Source: Phoronis australis (lineage: Eukaryota > Animalia > Phoronida). From it: a DNA stretch of 64,000 nucleotides. Under the pieces are notes generated by a model. That model made no database searches, had not been told where the DNA came from, and saw only the letters and a program-made list of their open reading frames with translations. The position numbers and the translations under genes were made by a program. Location: assembly GCA_002633005.1 (NCBI GenBank), contig NMRA01000192.1:244606-308605 (forward strand), given 5' to 3'. How positions within the stretch are numbered: position 1 is the first letter of the stretch; every line of letters starts with the position of its first letter. Shown in pieces: positions 26,501 to 38,050 of this stretch.

Positions 26501-29500
26501 TAATCTCTCATGCGTTCAATGCGCAATCAAAATATTATTCAAAGTAATTATGCATAAGTCGAGTACTTGTAAAATGTATGAGCATTACATTCAAAATACC
26601 AAGGGAGTTTTCAGTTATTTTCTGTATAATATACATACATGTACAGCTAGTTAATGCGAGTTGCAGAGTGATTTTTAAGCATGGACGAGTATTTTTGTTA
26701 CATATATATACCTTGTAGTTCAGTGAAACCAAAACATCGAATGATATGTAAAGTTAGTTGATTGACTGTTTTTGAACTGAGTAAGGTTAATGTTAAAGTC
26801 TGCAAGAATGGTCATTTCTCCGGTTTATTGTACACTTTAGGTGTTCTGAGAGGGTGAGAAACACAGTTTGAAACCATGACTCGTTTAATAATATACGAAT
26901 GAATGACGTAAGCTGTGTCGGCCGAGGAAACTAATTTGGCTGTGTTAAATTTATATCACAGGAAAGGGGAGCAAAATTCCGGTTGGTATAGCGTTGATAA
27001 ATACCCCAAATAAGAAGATTGTCCCCGAAGAGACTGACGATGACGACAGAGCTACCAAGTCTTTGAAGAAGTTGATTGCACAAATGATTGCTGTTGACCC
27101 TGATAAAAGACAGGAGATGGCGCAGGTGGTGCAGAAACTAACAGAAATATTTGGTATGCGTACTTTGTTTTTTTTCCTTTGGTTCGTATATGCTTTTGTT
27201 TTTATTACTCTAATCATGGAGATAGTTGACAGGAAAGTGAAGAAAGTTGCCTCCTCCTTCAGCTCGAACAACAATAATTAATTTGTTAGTGGGAAAAATA
27301 ATTCCCTCGTCATTAAATCTCTTTTGGTGGCATTGTTAAGAGTTCTCTGAGGCCAACTATGGGTATAGCTTTAAAGTGGAACTTGCACGCTAATTCCTTA
27401 TCTCTGTTATTGATTGGTCAAATTAGAAACACAACATATAGCGACGATGTGAATATGAAGTTGGGTGAAAATTGCTAAATTGTTTTAAGAACTAATTATG
27501 TATAGAAAATAACCCGCTGTAAATCATTCAACCGTGTCCAGTAATTATCGTTACGTGGTGTTGGGAAATAACTCTGTATGATACGTGGGCTATGTGAGTC
27601 CCCAAAGCACGTCATTAGTGCTAAGGCCACTTAGTTGCTGAATTTTTTGTTTTCACATTTACAGGTTGTCAATGAATATAATCTGTTCTTTGTTTAGCGT
27701 AGACGATGTTCAAATACCATTGTCTTTTAGTTCCTGCTGTAGATTAATGTAGTTAGGAGCATGCAAAAAGTCGACGTTTCCTTTCCATTGGCTGAAGAAA
27801 TTCGGGCGATCTGTATGTTGTGCTTTCCCAGCAGTGATATGCAGGCATAGCTATGGTCATGGATCGCCATGTGCAGAATTGAGTGGAATGAAATCGTGAC
27901 AAAATGTTTAGGTCAAAATCTATGGTTCTGTAGAGATTTGGCTAATTACACACACTTGTCGACAGTGACCTATATATTAACCAGCAGTGACCTATATATT
28001 AACCAGCAGACGATTTTTGGAAATGGGAAATTACGCCGTCCAAATGAACTTACGTTTTAGCAACTTAGTAACTCGCTTCGGTTAGGTCATTTTTCTTTCA
28101 TGTTACGTTGGGGGTGCTGTAGATATCGATTAAGTCGTGAGACAGCTTGACTTGGGTTACTCCGCAGAAATTTGTATTGGTTGTCAGTAGTGAAGTAGTT
28201 TAGTTTTTAGAGCCCCTTAGGTCACAGCTTCCACCACCGCCGCCACGCCCTAAGCTGTCAGAAGAAGAGGAAAAACAAAACGAAGAGAAGAAAGACGATC
28301 AAGAGAGTGAAAAACAACACAAAGAAAAAGAAGAAGAAAAAGAAGAATCTGAAGATGAAGATACAGATGATGAAGAGTCGTCTGAGGAGTCAGATCTACT
28401 TTATCTACTGATTCGCCAAGCAGCTGTTCAGTGCGCCGAAGAACGACTGAAACAAGAAAAACAAGCCAAAGCCGCTCGCGAAGAACTCATGAAAGGGTTG
28501 CAATTGCCCCTCGTCCACTTGTTAATGAGACTACAAACAGACGATGTGCAGGACGAGGAGAAAGGACAGGCAATGCGACAATTGCAAGTATGTGATATTT
28601 TAGTTTGGTCTTCTTAGGTGGGGGACTAAGGGGTCCTCCAGTTATGACCAAAAAATAACACTACAAACGTTGATGGTGTAGTCACGCCGGTACTCTGAAA
28701 GGTTGTCTTTCGGAAATCGTGTTGCCCCCTTTTTTGGGGTCATCCTATAATGTAGATCTTCCAGCTCAAATGTAAACTTGACTTGACTGAATTAGTCTCA
28801 TGTTGTTCCGAGTATTTCGTTTGTTATGGGCTTACATGTTTTAATGTCCCCATTTACAGTTGAAAACCGGGGATCGCGTGAGAATCGATGATTGTGCAGG
28901 CGATGTTAATAAAGCGGAAATTCTGCAGCAAGCATACGGTGGTTGGGTGTCAAGGATGGAGAAGGTGAGTACATCGACTACAAGTACTTGTTGTAATATT
29001 GAGCTGTGCATCAAAACATAGGACGAAATAGTACAGTGGCGGATCTAGGATATCTTAAGGGGGGCAACATTTTCCCTAGTAGATTTTAGAGTGGCGCAAA
29101 GCCGAATAGGGGTAGGCCGGGGGGGTTGGGTTTTCGTCCCTTCTGTTCAGAGGAAAATTTTGTTTTTGACTGTGAAATTAAGCATTTACCTCAAAATTGA
29201 TTTCTGCAGCATTCTCAGCTCTCGATGACTCTGCTTTGGCAGGTGGCTAAAAATGGAAAATTGGAGAATTTGCAAGGATTCGAACTCACAGGTTTTTAAT
29301 CACAGTGCGCGTGCTTTTCCATTGTGCCACCATACTTCCGTCTACTAACCGTGCTAAGAGACGGACATACTGTACATGGTCCGCGCATTGTTCGTGCGCG
29401 AACCTGCTTCTTTCCGTAATGTATATTCCATGTTATATGTTTTGTGCAACCAGTTTGTAACAAAAGTTGTTGTGTTTAAAACAGTCTTCAGTTGCCCAAA

Positions 29501-32500
29501 AGATCAATTCCATTTTTCGTGTTGTCTTTGACGTTTAACCACGCCCTTACTTTTTACGACAGAATTTTGAGTTCCTTTGTGATTCACTAACTAACGGCTT
29601 CGATTAATATTTACATCCTATCTGCAGCTTTTGTTTCCTTGTTGTCACTCAGCTTTTGTCAGTTTTCTTCGTTGCATAGTGGAGCAGACAATGGAAACGG
29701 AATTGTGTGCAGTGCCGGGTCTGCCGGTCGCCTAGATTAGCAATCGCATATTGACCGGGAGCGGCATTAATTAGCCATAATGAACGATTGCACCGGTTGT
29801 CTGAATCGGACCCTTAAAATCGGGCTGAACCTTCCCCCACCCAAACAAGCACACACACAAACTAAAATTCCTCTAATCGTGTTTCGGCCGCATAATATTA
29901 ATTGCCGGAGTTAATTAATAAACTCAATATTTCCTCAGGCTTTTGCCGCTTTAATTTTTTGCTGCCGCCGAGAGGGGGGGGGGGGGGGGCCCCCTTAATC
30001 CTCTATATGTAGTAAGATCAGTTAATCAAATAATGTGCTTCTTTTCAACCATACTCTACACCATTCACGGGCGACAACGCCTGTCGATAATATTTCAAAC
30101 AAAATGTCAAACACTGTCAGACGGATTGATTTCTATTTACATGTATCACTCGATTATTGTTTTTCAGTGCCTTGGGAAAAGTGGTGAGGTGCAGGGTCGC
30201 GTTCTGAACGCCGTAAAGGTCAAGTTTGATAACGGTGAAAGGTATGAAACATGCGCGCACCCAGTCTAAACTGAAGAGCTAGAATAATCAGCATATCCGT
30301 ATTCACGAATATTTTCAAAAATGCGCATTCTAACTCAGGACTAGAAGTGGGGGACTGACCACCGTACTCGCGGACAGGTTTTGTATTGATTTAACGGGGA
30401 AATGCAACAAGTGCACCATGTCAGTCCATTGACAGATCACTTTCTGCTCATGGTCCTGTTTTCAATTCAGTCTATACTCATTTGAGTTCTCTAAGATCTT
30501 GATTCATAAATGACAACTTTGCTGACAGCGCCATTCTCGAGCCCTTTCTTAATTGGGAACGCTATGTAAGTGGTGGTAGTTACTTAAAAAAATTGACCGG
30601 TCCTCTGAAATTTAATGCCGATGGAAGTTAATAAAAGGGACTGCTGAGTAAAGCTTGCTAGAGGCGAGGCCAGGTTACATGTTTAAGTATTATCATCTCA
30701 AGTACAATGGAAATCCAATCGGGTTTGCTGTGACATTTCTGCAAAATAGAAGACGCATAGTCGTAACCCCGAATCACGTCATCGCATGAGAAAAATGGAC
30801 CAAGTGACGAGCAGTAAACATATCGTTTTTAAGTTTGAAACTAAAGTTAAAATGGTTTGACATCAACAGAGATATATTTGTACGTGCTATTTGTAAAAAT
30901 ACCTGGTGAACAGTTTGACTTCTGTTTCAGTGGCATAGAACCACTTTGGGTAACCCAATTTGGTGTGTTTCACACTTTTATGCCACTTTAAATGGTATGG
31001 TTAGACTTTGATGTTTTGAACTACACCATCAGCCTAAAAACTGTTTTTTTCCAGCTGGTCCTTTAACCCGGCACTCGTCAAGAAGCTTGATGAACAGGGA
31101 CACAGCCCTCGTGAAACTGACACGAAAGACTATAGCACCACATTGGAGAGTAAATTTCAGCGTTTTGACATCGTAAGCATTACAGAGGACAAAGAACGCG
31201 CCAAGTTGCTACAGTTAGGACACGGAGGATGGAACGACAAAATGGTTTTGGTAGGTCCGCTTTTTCATATTTCTGACAGAAAGTTACAATTTTGGCAGTC
31301 ATGGACACCGCTGCGTCACCCTGATCATCCAGTGTTACTGGTAGCCCAGCTCCTACNCCCTAGTAGATTTTAGAGGGGCGCAGAGCCGAATAGGGGTAGG
31401 CCGGGAGGGTTGGGTTTTCGTCCCTTCTGTTCAGAGGAAAATTTTGTTTTTGACTGTGAAATTAAGCATTTTCCTCAACATTGATTTCTGCAACATACTC
31501 AGCCCTCGACGTCTCTGCTTTGGCAGGTGACTAAAAATGGAAAATTGGAGAATTTGCCAGGATTCACACTCACAGGTTTTTAATCACAGTGAGCGTGCTT
31601 TTCCATTGTGCCATCATACTTCCGTCTACTAACCGTGCTAAGAGACGGACATACTGTACATGGTCCGCATTGTTCGTGCGCGAACCTGCTTGTTTCTGTA
31701 ATGTATATTTCATGCTATATGTTTTGTGCAACCAGTTTGTAACAAAAGTTGTTGTGTTTAAAACAGTCTTCAGTTGCCCAAAAGACCAATTCCATTTTTC
31801 GTGTTGTCATTAACGTTTAACCACGCCCTTACTTTTTACGACAGAATTATGAATTCCTTTGTGATTCACTAACTAACGGCTTCGATTAATATTTACATCC
31901 TATCAGCAGCTTCTGTTTCCTTGTTGTCACTCAGCTTTCGTCAGTATTCTTCGTTGCTTAGTGGAGCAGACAATGGAAACAGAATTGTGTGCAGTGCCGG
32001 TCTGCCGGCCGCCTAGATTATCACTCGCATATTGACCGGGAGCGGCATTAGTTAGCCATGGTGAAGGATTGCACCGGTTGTCTGAATCGGACCCTTGAAA
32101 TCGGGTCTGAACCTTCCCCCACCCAAACAAGCACACACACAAATTTAAATTCCATAATTCTCTAATCGTGTTTCGGCCGCATAATATTAATTGCCTGAGT
32201 TAATTAATAAACTCAATATTTCCTCAGGCTTTTGCCGCTTTAATTTTTTGCTGCCGCCGAGAGCAGGGGGCTGCCCCCTTAATCCCCTTCTGTAGTAAGA
32301 TCAGTTAATCAAATAATGTGCTTATTTTAAACCACACTCTACACCATTCACGGGCGACAACGCCTGTCGATAATATTTCAAACAAAATGTCAAACACTGT
32401 CAGACGGATTGATTTCTATTTATCACTCGATTATTGTTTTCAGTGCCTTGGGAAAAGTGGTGAGGTGCAAGGTCGCGTTCTGAACGCCGTAAAGGTCAAG

Positions 32501-35500
32501 TTTGATAACGGTGAAAGGTATGAAACATGCACGCACCCAGCCTAAAATGAAGAGCTAGAATAATCAGCATATCCGTATTCAAGATTATTTTCAAAAATGC
32601 GCATTCTAACTCAGGACTAGAAGTGGGGGACTGACCACCGTACTCGCGGACAGGTTTTGTATTGATTTAACGGGGAAATGCAACAAGCGCACCATGTCAG
32701 TCCATTGACAGATCACTTTCTGCTCATGGTCCTGTTTTCAATTCAGTCTATACTCATTTGAGTTCTCGAAGATCTTGATTCGTAAATGACAACTTTGCTG
32801 ACAGCGCCATTCTCGAGCCCTTTCTTAATTGGGAACGCTATGTAAGTGGTGGTAGTTACTTAAAAAAATTGACCTGTCCTCTGAAATTTAATGCCGATGG
32901 AAGTTAATAAAAGGGATTGCTGAGTAAAGCTTGCTAGAGGCGAGGCCAGGTTACATGTTTAAGGATTATCATCTCAAGTACAATGGAAATCCAATCGGGT
33001 TTGCTGTGACATTTCTGCAAAATTGAAGACGCATAGTCCTAACCCCGAATCACGTCATCGCAGGAGAAAAATGGACCAAGTGACGAGCAGTAAACATATC
33101 GTTTTTAAGTTTGAAACTAAAGTTAAAATGGTTTGACATCAACAGAGATATATTTTTACGTGCTATTTGTAAAAATACCTGGTGAACAGTTTGACTTCTG
33201 TTTCAGTGGCATAGAACCACTTTGGGTAACCCAATTTGGTGTGTTTTACACTTTTATGCCACTTTAAATGGTATGGTTAGACTTTGATGTTTTGAACTAC
33301 ACCATCAGCCTAAAAACTGTTTTTTTCCAGCTGGTCCTTTAACCCGGCACTCGTCAAGAAGCTTGATGAACAGGGACACAGCCCTCGTGAAACTGACACG
33401 AAAGACTATAGCACCACATTGGAGAGTAAATTTCAGCGTTTTGACATTGTAAGCATTACAGAGGACAAAGAACGCGCCAAGTTGCTACAGTTAGGACACG
33501 GAGGATGGAACGACAAAATGGTTTTGGTAGGTCCGCTTTTTCATATTTCTGACAGAAAGTTACAATTTTGGCAGTCATGGACACCGCTGCGTCACCCTGA
33601 TCATCCAGTGTTACTGGTAGCCCAGCTCCTACGTATTTTATTCCCGTAACTAAGATATCGTAGGAGCTCAACCAGTGTCAGGAGTGGTGACGTCAGTTTT
33701 TCGTGAACGTCCATAGTCTGAAGGTACATTGGTCTAAAGGCCCATATTCCAAAGGTCCACCTGCCCAAAGGTCTGAACTAACTGGTATTCATAGGGCTAA
33801 AGGTTCACACGTCCGACGGTGCACAAATCTGAATTCTCCAGTCCTCATCATAAGTCCGAATATCCATATAGTTTGTTATTGCTTAAACTTATAATGGTAA
33901 GGGGATGTTAGACAAGGAGCAGTTGCTAGTGGTTTTAAAAACCGGGAATCTCCCTCTACCTGGATGAAAAGGCGCTAATGTCGGTTTTGCTGATGGCTCC
34001 GTATTTTCAATAATCTCCGTTGCTCCGGAATTTAATACAAACAGAACACAGCTGTTTCGAGTCCCACGTCGACAGAGCCGAAAGGTTTTGTGTTAATAGA
34101 CAGAGAGAATTTTGAAAAATGTACAGTTGTCTTTATAAGAAGCCTTATTGTAGACGTCTATGACCATTTTATCAATCCATGCTGACCTTGGAGTTTTGAC
34201 ACTTTAGCCGAGTATGCTTAGCGACGGATGGATCCCCCAAATGTTCCGAAGAATTTTCAGTATTGTTTTTTAAGCTTGAATAGTGCCAACGATTGACGTT
34301 TTTTAATGCATCTAAAAGCTAATTTGAAAAAGATGACTGACTCTGCCATCATGTACACTATTAGTTTGAATTTTGTGCTCACTCTTAAACACAATTGTCC
34401 TTAGTGATGCTCTATGACGTGCTTCGTAGCTCATTATGCAGAGTTATCTCAGTGCTTGACTTTTTCATCAGATTTTAGTTAATCAAATACTCAGATTCTG
34501 TCTTGCAAAGCAATTACGCAGATGAGCTCTGTTCAATCGACATCCTGTATTACAGAGCCTTGGTTTGAAAGGCATAGTTTCCCGGGTGGACAAGGACGGA
34601 GATGTCTTTGCGGAGTGTATCAACGGAGATAAGTACGTTAAAGTTATACTTGCTTTTTAACCATTGTAGTTTGGCTGCCGTCCCTTTTGTACAAAAACCA
34701 GGAAAAGGGGAACTTGTGGACCGCAACGACATACTAGTGTAAATGTTAAAACTAAAACACTTTCGCCCATCCGCTGTCTACTTCTTTTACTGGTCCGTTG
34801 AGACGAGGGCAAAATACCCAGTCGCGTGGGTGGCTCGTTCCTCTCTTATCAGAATGCCTTTGTGGGGCGTTATTTCTACCAGGTTTAGCCAACACTTCCT
34901 TCTTGTGATTGGGCTTCTATGAAAGTTCACTATCAGTCACGAATACAAGATTGTGGAACAACAGATTAAAAGGTGCTTCTTCGATTTGCTGTATACTTTA
35001 TACAGAGTGGTCTTCATTTGTCCATTCAGGTGGTACTTTAACCCAGCACTTTTGAGTAAAGTGGTCCCGACGGGAAACGAAGAGTTGGAACCGGGAGACT
35101 GCGTCCTTGTCGAGCACGACATAGAGAAACTGAAGGCAATTCACAAAGACCAAGGTGGCATTCCGCGAGAGATTGTTTCAGTAAGTAGTACTGCAGTCCC
35201 TGTAAGTACTGAGAGTTCGCACACGTGAGCTCAGGTCACAGTGTGCAAATAATAGTGTAGTTCCGCCGCGCAGTCTGTTACGTGCAAGCCGAAAATGCAG
35301 TCAAGTCAAAGGGTTTATTGACATCCTTCTTTGGAAAGTAACTTGAATCGACTCGCGTGAAAGGTGTCGCTACTCTCGCATTTAAAATGGCTGCAGTTTG
35401 TTTGTTATTTTTTCTGTACCCTATCAAGTATTCTAATTACCTTGAAGTCAGTATAACACAAAGGCAAGTTTGCAGTATGAATATGTACATGTATGAGCCT

Positions 35501-37544
35501 ATTTGTATCAGTGCTGCATATTAAATAGGCTACTAGCATAGAATACGTGGATACTGAACTCAGTGATAAACATGTTGGAAGGAAGATAGTCGATAACGAC
35601 AAGGAGAAAAATATGGGTCGTTTATTGGAAGGCCTTGTGTAACGATAAGGAGAAGATAATGGGTGTTTTGGTTGAAACATGAAATTGTCTTTGGGTTTAT
35701 CATTTTGGTGTCCACAATTAGCAGCAGTGAAACACAAAATTGAAAACTACAGAGACCGTTTTTGCGCATCCTTCAATTGCGTATGAACATCTTTAGGATT
35801 TTATTTCCTGAAAAAGGAATTAAGACTAATGTCGCTCAACATAGCTCTTTCTGAAAAAACATTTGATATCTCACTTGAGCAAATATGACAATTGTGCGTT
35901 ACACAGACAAGTGTTATATACTAAAATAATGTTTAATAAATCATTCAAAGGCTAATAGTTTGATTAAACCTTTAACCATCAATTGAGCAGTAGGGTCATA
36001 AATCGGATTTCTGTCTGAAACCTTAGACCCCTTATCACGCAACAGACCAAGGGATTTTAAATTAATTGTACACCTAACAACATTAATGCATACTTTTTAG
36101 AAATCTGCTGTTCCATTGAAGAAGCTGAGTGAGCTGTATTAATGTTTTGGTGACCGCTGGAAACAACAAACCTCTGTCCTGGATGTTCTTTTTAGAACAT
36201 TTTAGTATTTACAGTGAATATGGCATTGCAGCCGAAAACAGTGTTACTTGACATCCTAGTAACTGCGACGAAAGGTCTACGATAAAAACTAAAATTTTCA
36301 ATGATCAAAAGGATACTGAGCCCTGTTTTGATTATTTCAACTATTCCTCATTCTGTTACTAGCTAATGCATCATTGCCGTCCCACCTGTGTGATAAAAGC
36401 AGAATTAAACTCCTGATGTCATAGCTTGGAAACTACGAGGGCTAGTCATTTCCCTCAGTTACCATCTAACACACCTTAGGCGTAGATCACGCTTGCCCTT
36501 TTACATGTACCAGACTATGAAAACAGTTTCCAATTTTTGCTTCAAAATTTTGAGGGTTATCGAGAGTTTCCGAGTACTATTTTGTTTCAGAGAACCGTAC
36601 GGGAAAGTAGTTTTTAACACGCAAAAACTGGGATTGATATCATTTGAATCATAAATTATTCACTGTTATTTGACTCTGTATTTGCCCTTTAATTCGAGCT
36701 AATTTCATCGGTTGTTAACTGGTATACTTGCGGTGATTCACCAGGTGGTTGGAAACGCAGTGGTGGTGAAGAAAGTTTTGAGCGATAGGCGTGTGGTAGT
36801 GGAAGGTGGAGACGACGGTTACGTCATCATCGACAGGAAAGCACTCAAACTTTTTGCGAAAGCAGGTAACACGCGTGTACAGTGTTTTTGAAAAGTTCAG
36901 TGTTAACTTCCTTCAAACTTCTTATGGCTTTGACGACGTTATGGGAAAACCCTGGATGAATTGCGAACCTCGTTTGAAAATTAACCGAAATTATTTCCTC
37001 CGAAATTTTGCCCGTTTTGGACAAGAGCAAATATCTGTTTAAGAAAATACTGTATTTTCTTATATAGATTACAGTACATTCTTTCGTGACACCTAGATTG
37101 TATTACCACATAAATTGTATCAAACCTCGTGGCCATTCCCGGAGCATCCCATCAAGGGCGTTGTCATGTGAACGTGTGTGCTGTAAAACTATTTCAAAAA
37201 TGGACTCCGGTCGTTCACAATTTTGTGACCATATAAGTAGCAACCATAGTAAGGAGATTTCTGTGGACCAGAATTTAGTCATTTATCTTATGAATGAAGA
37301 GGAAGGGTTATATACCTTTCGATTTTGTCAATATTTAAACCAGAAACTAATGTATCGACATCTACCTGTACCGGCACCAAGATACTATGCGTGTTTCAAC
37401 TATGCGTGTTTCACTTTGAGGTGATCTTTTGTCGCTAGTGTGCTCTTCCAGAACAAATGTGCGACATTTTGTTTCAAAATTGTTCTTTAACTCCTTTCAG
37501 ATGAGGTGATGTCCGCAGTTTTGAGAAAGAAGCTGCTTTCATAA
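20418..37544 (+). CDS. Kinase gene 1: STK35/PDIK1L-like Ser/Thr kinase + Pro/acidic/helical linker + 3 Mib SH3-like (REP) repeats; 12 exons, 674 aa if exons 7-8 are counted once
   Basis: Exons 20418-20558, 24382-24714, 26234-26447, 26962-27153, 28211-28587, 28860-28964, 30168-30241 (or 32444-32517), 31055-31250 (or 33331-33526), 34556-34632, 35030-35180, 36745-36865, 37501-37544. All GT-AG and phase-consistent, 2025 nt total. Motifs GxGxFG, VAVK, HRDIKPAN, DFG, APE; TNxSFMxQ..SAI and IPVG signatures resemble STK35/PDIK1L. Confidence 0.85.
23385..23644. mobile_element. MITE family A (CATGCGCGCACCC-type TIR), 5-bp TSD TAAAG
   Basis: taaag|catgcgccaccc...gggtgcgtgcatg|taaag; homologous to 39983-40212 and 46013-46275 in the opposite orientation. 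Confidence 0.85.
24382..24714 (+). CDS. Kinase gene 1 exon 2 (subdomains III-VIb)
   Basis: cacag|VTIKDD...ARELKTL...WMVMEYCDMG...HRDIKPANILV...PVVK|gtaatg. Confidence 0.92.
26234..26447 (+). CDS. Kinase gene 1 exon 3 (DFG-APE-subdomain IX)
   Basis: tgcag|VTDFGVSK...VGAPLYLAPEQ...KVDIFSTG...G|gtaaaa. Confidence 0.9.
26962..27153 (+). CDS. Kinase gene 1 exon 4 (subdomains X-XI)
   Basis: cacag|..KIPVGIAL...LIAQMIAVDPDKR...EIF G|gtatgc; homologous to 52210-52407. Confidence 0.88.
27375..27766 (+). repeat. Dispersed repeat of about 400 bp, 4 copies (about 3321-3722, 27375-27766, 42931-43139 internally deleted, 59232-59601)
   Basis: Shared agtggaacttgcacgctaattccttatctct...tagaaacacaac...gcatgca; three copies begin right after TTAA, suggesting a TTAA-targeting non-autonomous transposon. 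Confidence 0.75.
28211..28587 (+). CDS. Kinase gene 1 exon 5: PPPPPRP motif, acidic tract, helical/coiled-coil linker
   Basis: ttttag| phase-1 acceptor, open frame EPLRSQLPPPPPRPKLSEEEEK...MRQLQ|gtatgt; bridges phase 1 to phase 0 as required. Confidence 0.8.
28860..28964 (+). CDS. Kinase gene 1 exon 6 (Mib REP repeat 1, N-half)
   Basis: tacag|LKTGDRVRIDDCAGDVNKAEILQQAYGGWVSRMEK|gtgagt; same length as 54385-54489. Confidence 0.88.
29034..30009. mobile_element. Non-autonomous DNA transposon family B (CAGTGGCGGATC-type end), 5-bp TSD TAGTA, with nested sequence
   Basis: tagta|cagtggcggatctagg...ccccttaatcctctatatg|tagta; right end degenerate. Confidence 0.65.
29270..29332 (-). other. tRNA-derived (SINE head or pseudo-tRNA) sequence
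   Basis: Minus strand ggTGGCACAATGGaaaagcacgcgcactGTGattaaaaacctgtgaGTTCGAATCCttg shows A box and B box; acceptor stem does not pair. Confidence 0.5.
30168..30241 (+). CDS. Kinase gene 1 exon 7, copy a
   Basis: ttcag|CLGKSGEVQGRVLNAVKVKFDNGE AG|gtatga. Confidence 0.8.
31055..31250 (+). CDS. Kinase gene 1 exon 8, copy a (end of REP1, start of REP2)
   Basis: ccag|WSFNPALVKK...FQRFDIVSITEDKERAKLLQLGHGGWNDKMVL|gtaggt. Confidence 0.8.
32444..32517 (+). CDS. Kinase gene 1 exon 7, copy b (probable allelic duplicate)
   Basis: Same peptide as 30168-30241, one synonymous change. Confidence 0.75.
33331..33526 (+). CDS. Kinase gene 1 exon 8, copy b (probable allelic duplicate)
   Basis: Same peptide as 31055-31250, one synonymous change. 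Confidence 0.75.
34556..34632 (+). CDS. Kinase gene 1 exon 9 (REP2 core)
   Basis: tacag|SLGLKGIVSRVDKDGDVFAECINGD AA|gtacgt; LGxxGxV..VDxDGDVxV is typical of Mib SH3 repeats. Confidence 0.88.
35030..35180 (+). CDS. Kinase gene 1 exon 10 (end of REP2, start of REP3)
   Basis: ttcag|WYFNPALLSKV...LEPGDCVLVEHDIEKLKAIHKDQGGIPREIVS|gtaagt. Confidence 0.88.
36745..36865 (+). CDS. Kinase gene 1 exon 11 (REP3 C-half)
   Basis: accag|VVGNAVVVKKVLSDRRVVVEGGDDGYVIIDRKALKLFAKA G|gtaaca; same length as 59011-59131. Confidence 0.87.
37501..37544 (+). CDS. Kinase gene 1 terminal exon 12
   Basis: tttcag|(D)EVMSAVLRKKLLS*; matches paralogue (E)EMMEAILRKKFAM*; AATAAA at about 37749. Confidence 0.82.
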
Positions 37545-37634
37545 GGCGCCTGAGAAAATGGTTGAATCAAGAGCGAAGATTGTCTTTTTCAAAACTCTTC
37601 AGCGATTTTTAAACACGAAACAGCATTGGGTATT

Positions 37635-38013
37635 TAGGTTTCCTCCCTGCTGGCGTTAATACGTGTGCCTGTATTTCAGTCACTGGGCTCCCTCGTGTCT
37701 AAAAGAAACAAAGTTCTTCTCATGGACACTTCTTACAAGAAGAACATGAATAAACATGCACTCTAAAGTATACACTGTAAAGCGTATAATAAATTCTTAC
37801 TCCACTATACTTCTCCTGTGATAGAATGTGTGTGTGTGCGTGTGTGTGTGTGGGTGTTTAGGCTTCCTCACTGCTGGCGTTAATACGTGTACTGGGCTCC
37901 CTCGTGTCTAAAAGAAACAAAGTTCGTCTCATGGACACTTTATAGAAGATGGACATGAAAAAAGTTAACATGCACTTTAAAGTATACACTGTCAAGCGGA
38001 TACGAAATATTAT

Positions 38014-38050
<37 letters not shown>
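37635..38050. repeat. Two diverged tandem units of about 200 bp, each ending in (GT)n, in the 3' region of gene 1
   Basis: ctgctggcgttaatacgtgt..ctgggctccctcgtgtctaaaagaaacaaagttc occurs twice; (GT)n at about 37827-37851 and 38018-38050. Confidence 0.8.

Larger units (their letters stand above)
29074..33632. repeat. Near-identical segment pair 29074-31356 / 31358-33632 (probable haplotype overlap)
   Basis: Copies abut at n31357. Confidence 0.88.

Noticed and set aside
29270-29332. Functional tRNA-His gene
   Set aside because: A/B boxes present but the acceptor stem does not pair, the B box is mutated in the second copy (about 31560), and it lies within a transposon.
30168-33526. A genuine fourth Mib repeat in gene 1 through exon 7-8 duplication
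   Set aside because: Copies abut at n31357, encode identical peptides, and the paralogue has only one such pair; best explained as haplotype overlap (not formally excluded).
28860-36865. A mind bomb (MIB1/MIB2) E3 ligase gene
   Set aside because: Only REP-type repeats are present; no MIB-HERC2, ZZ, ankyrin array or RING exons found, and the repeats splice in frame to a kinase and end in a short terminal exon.
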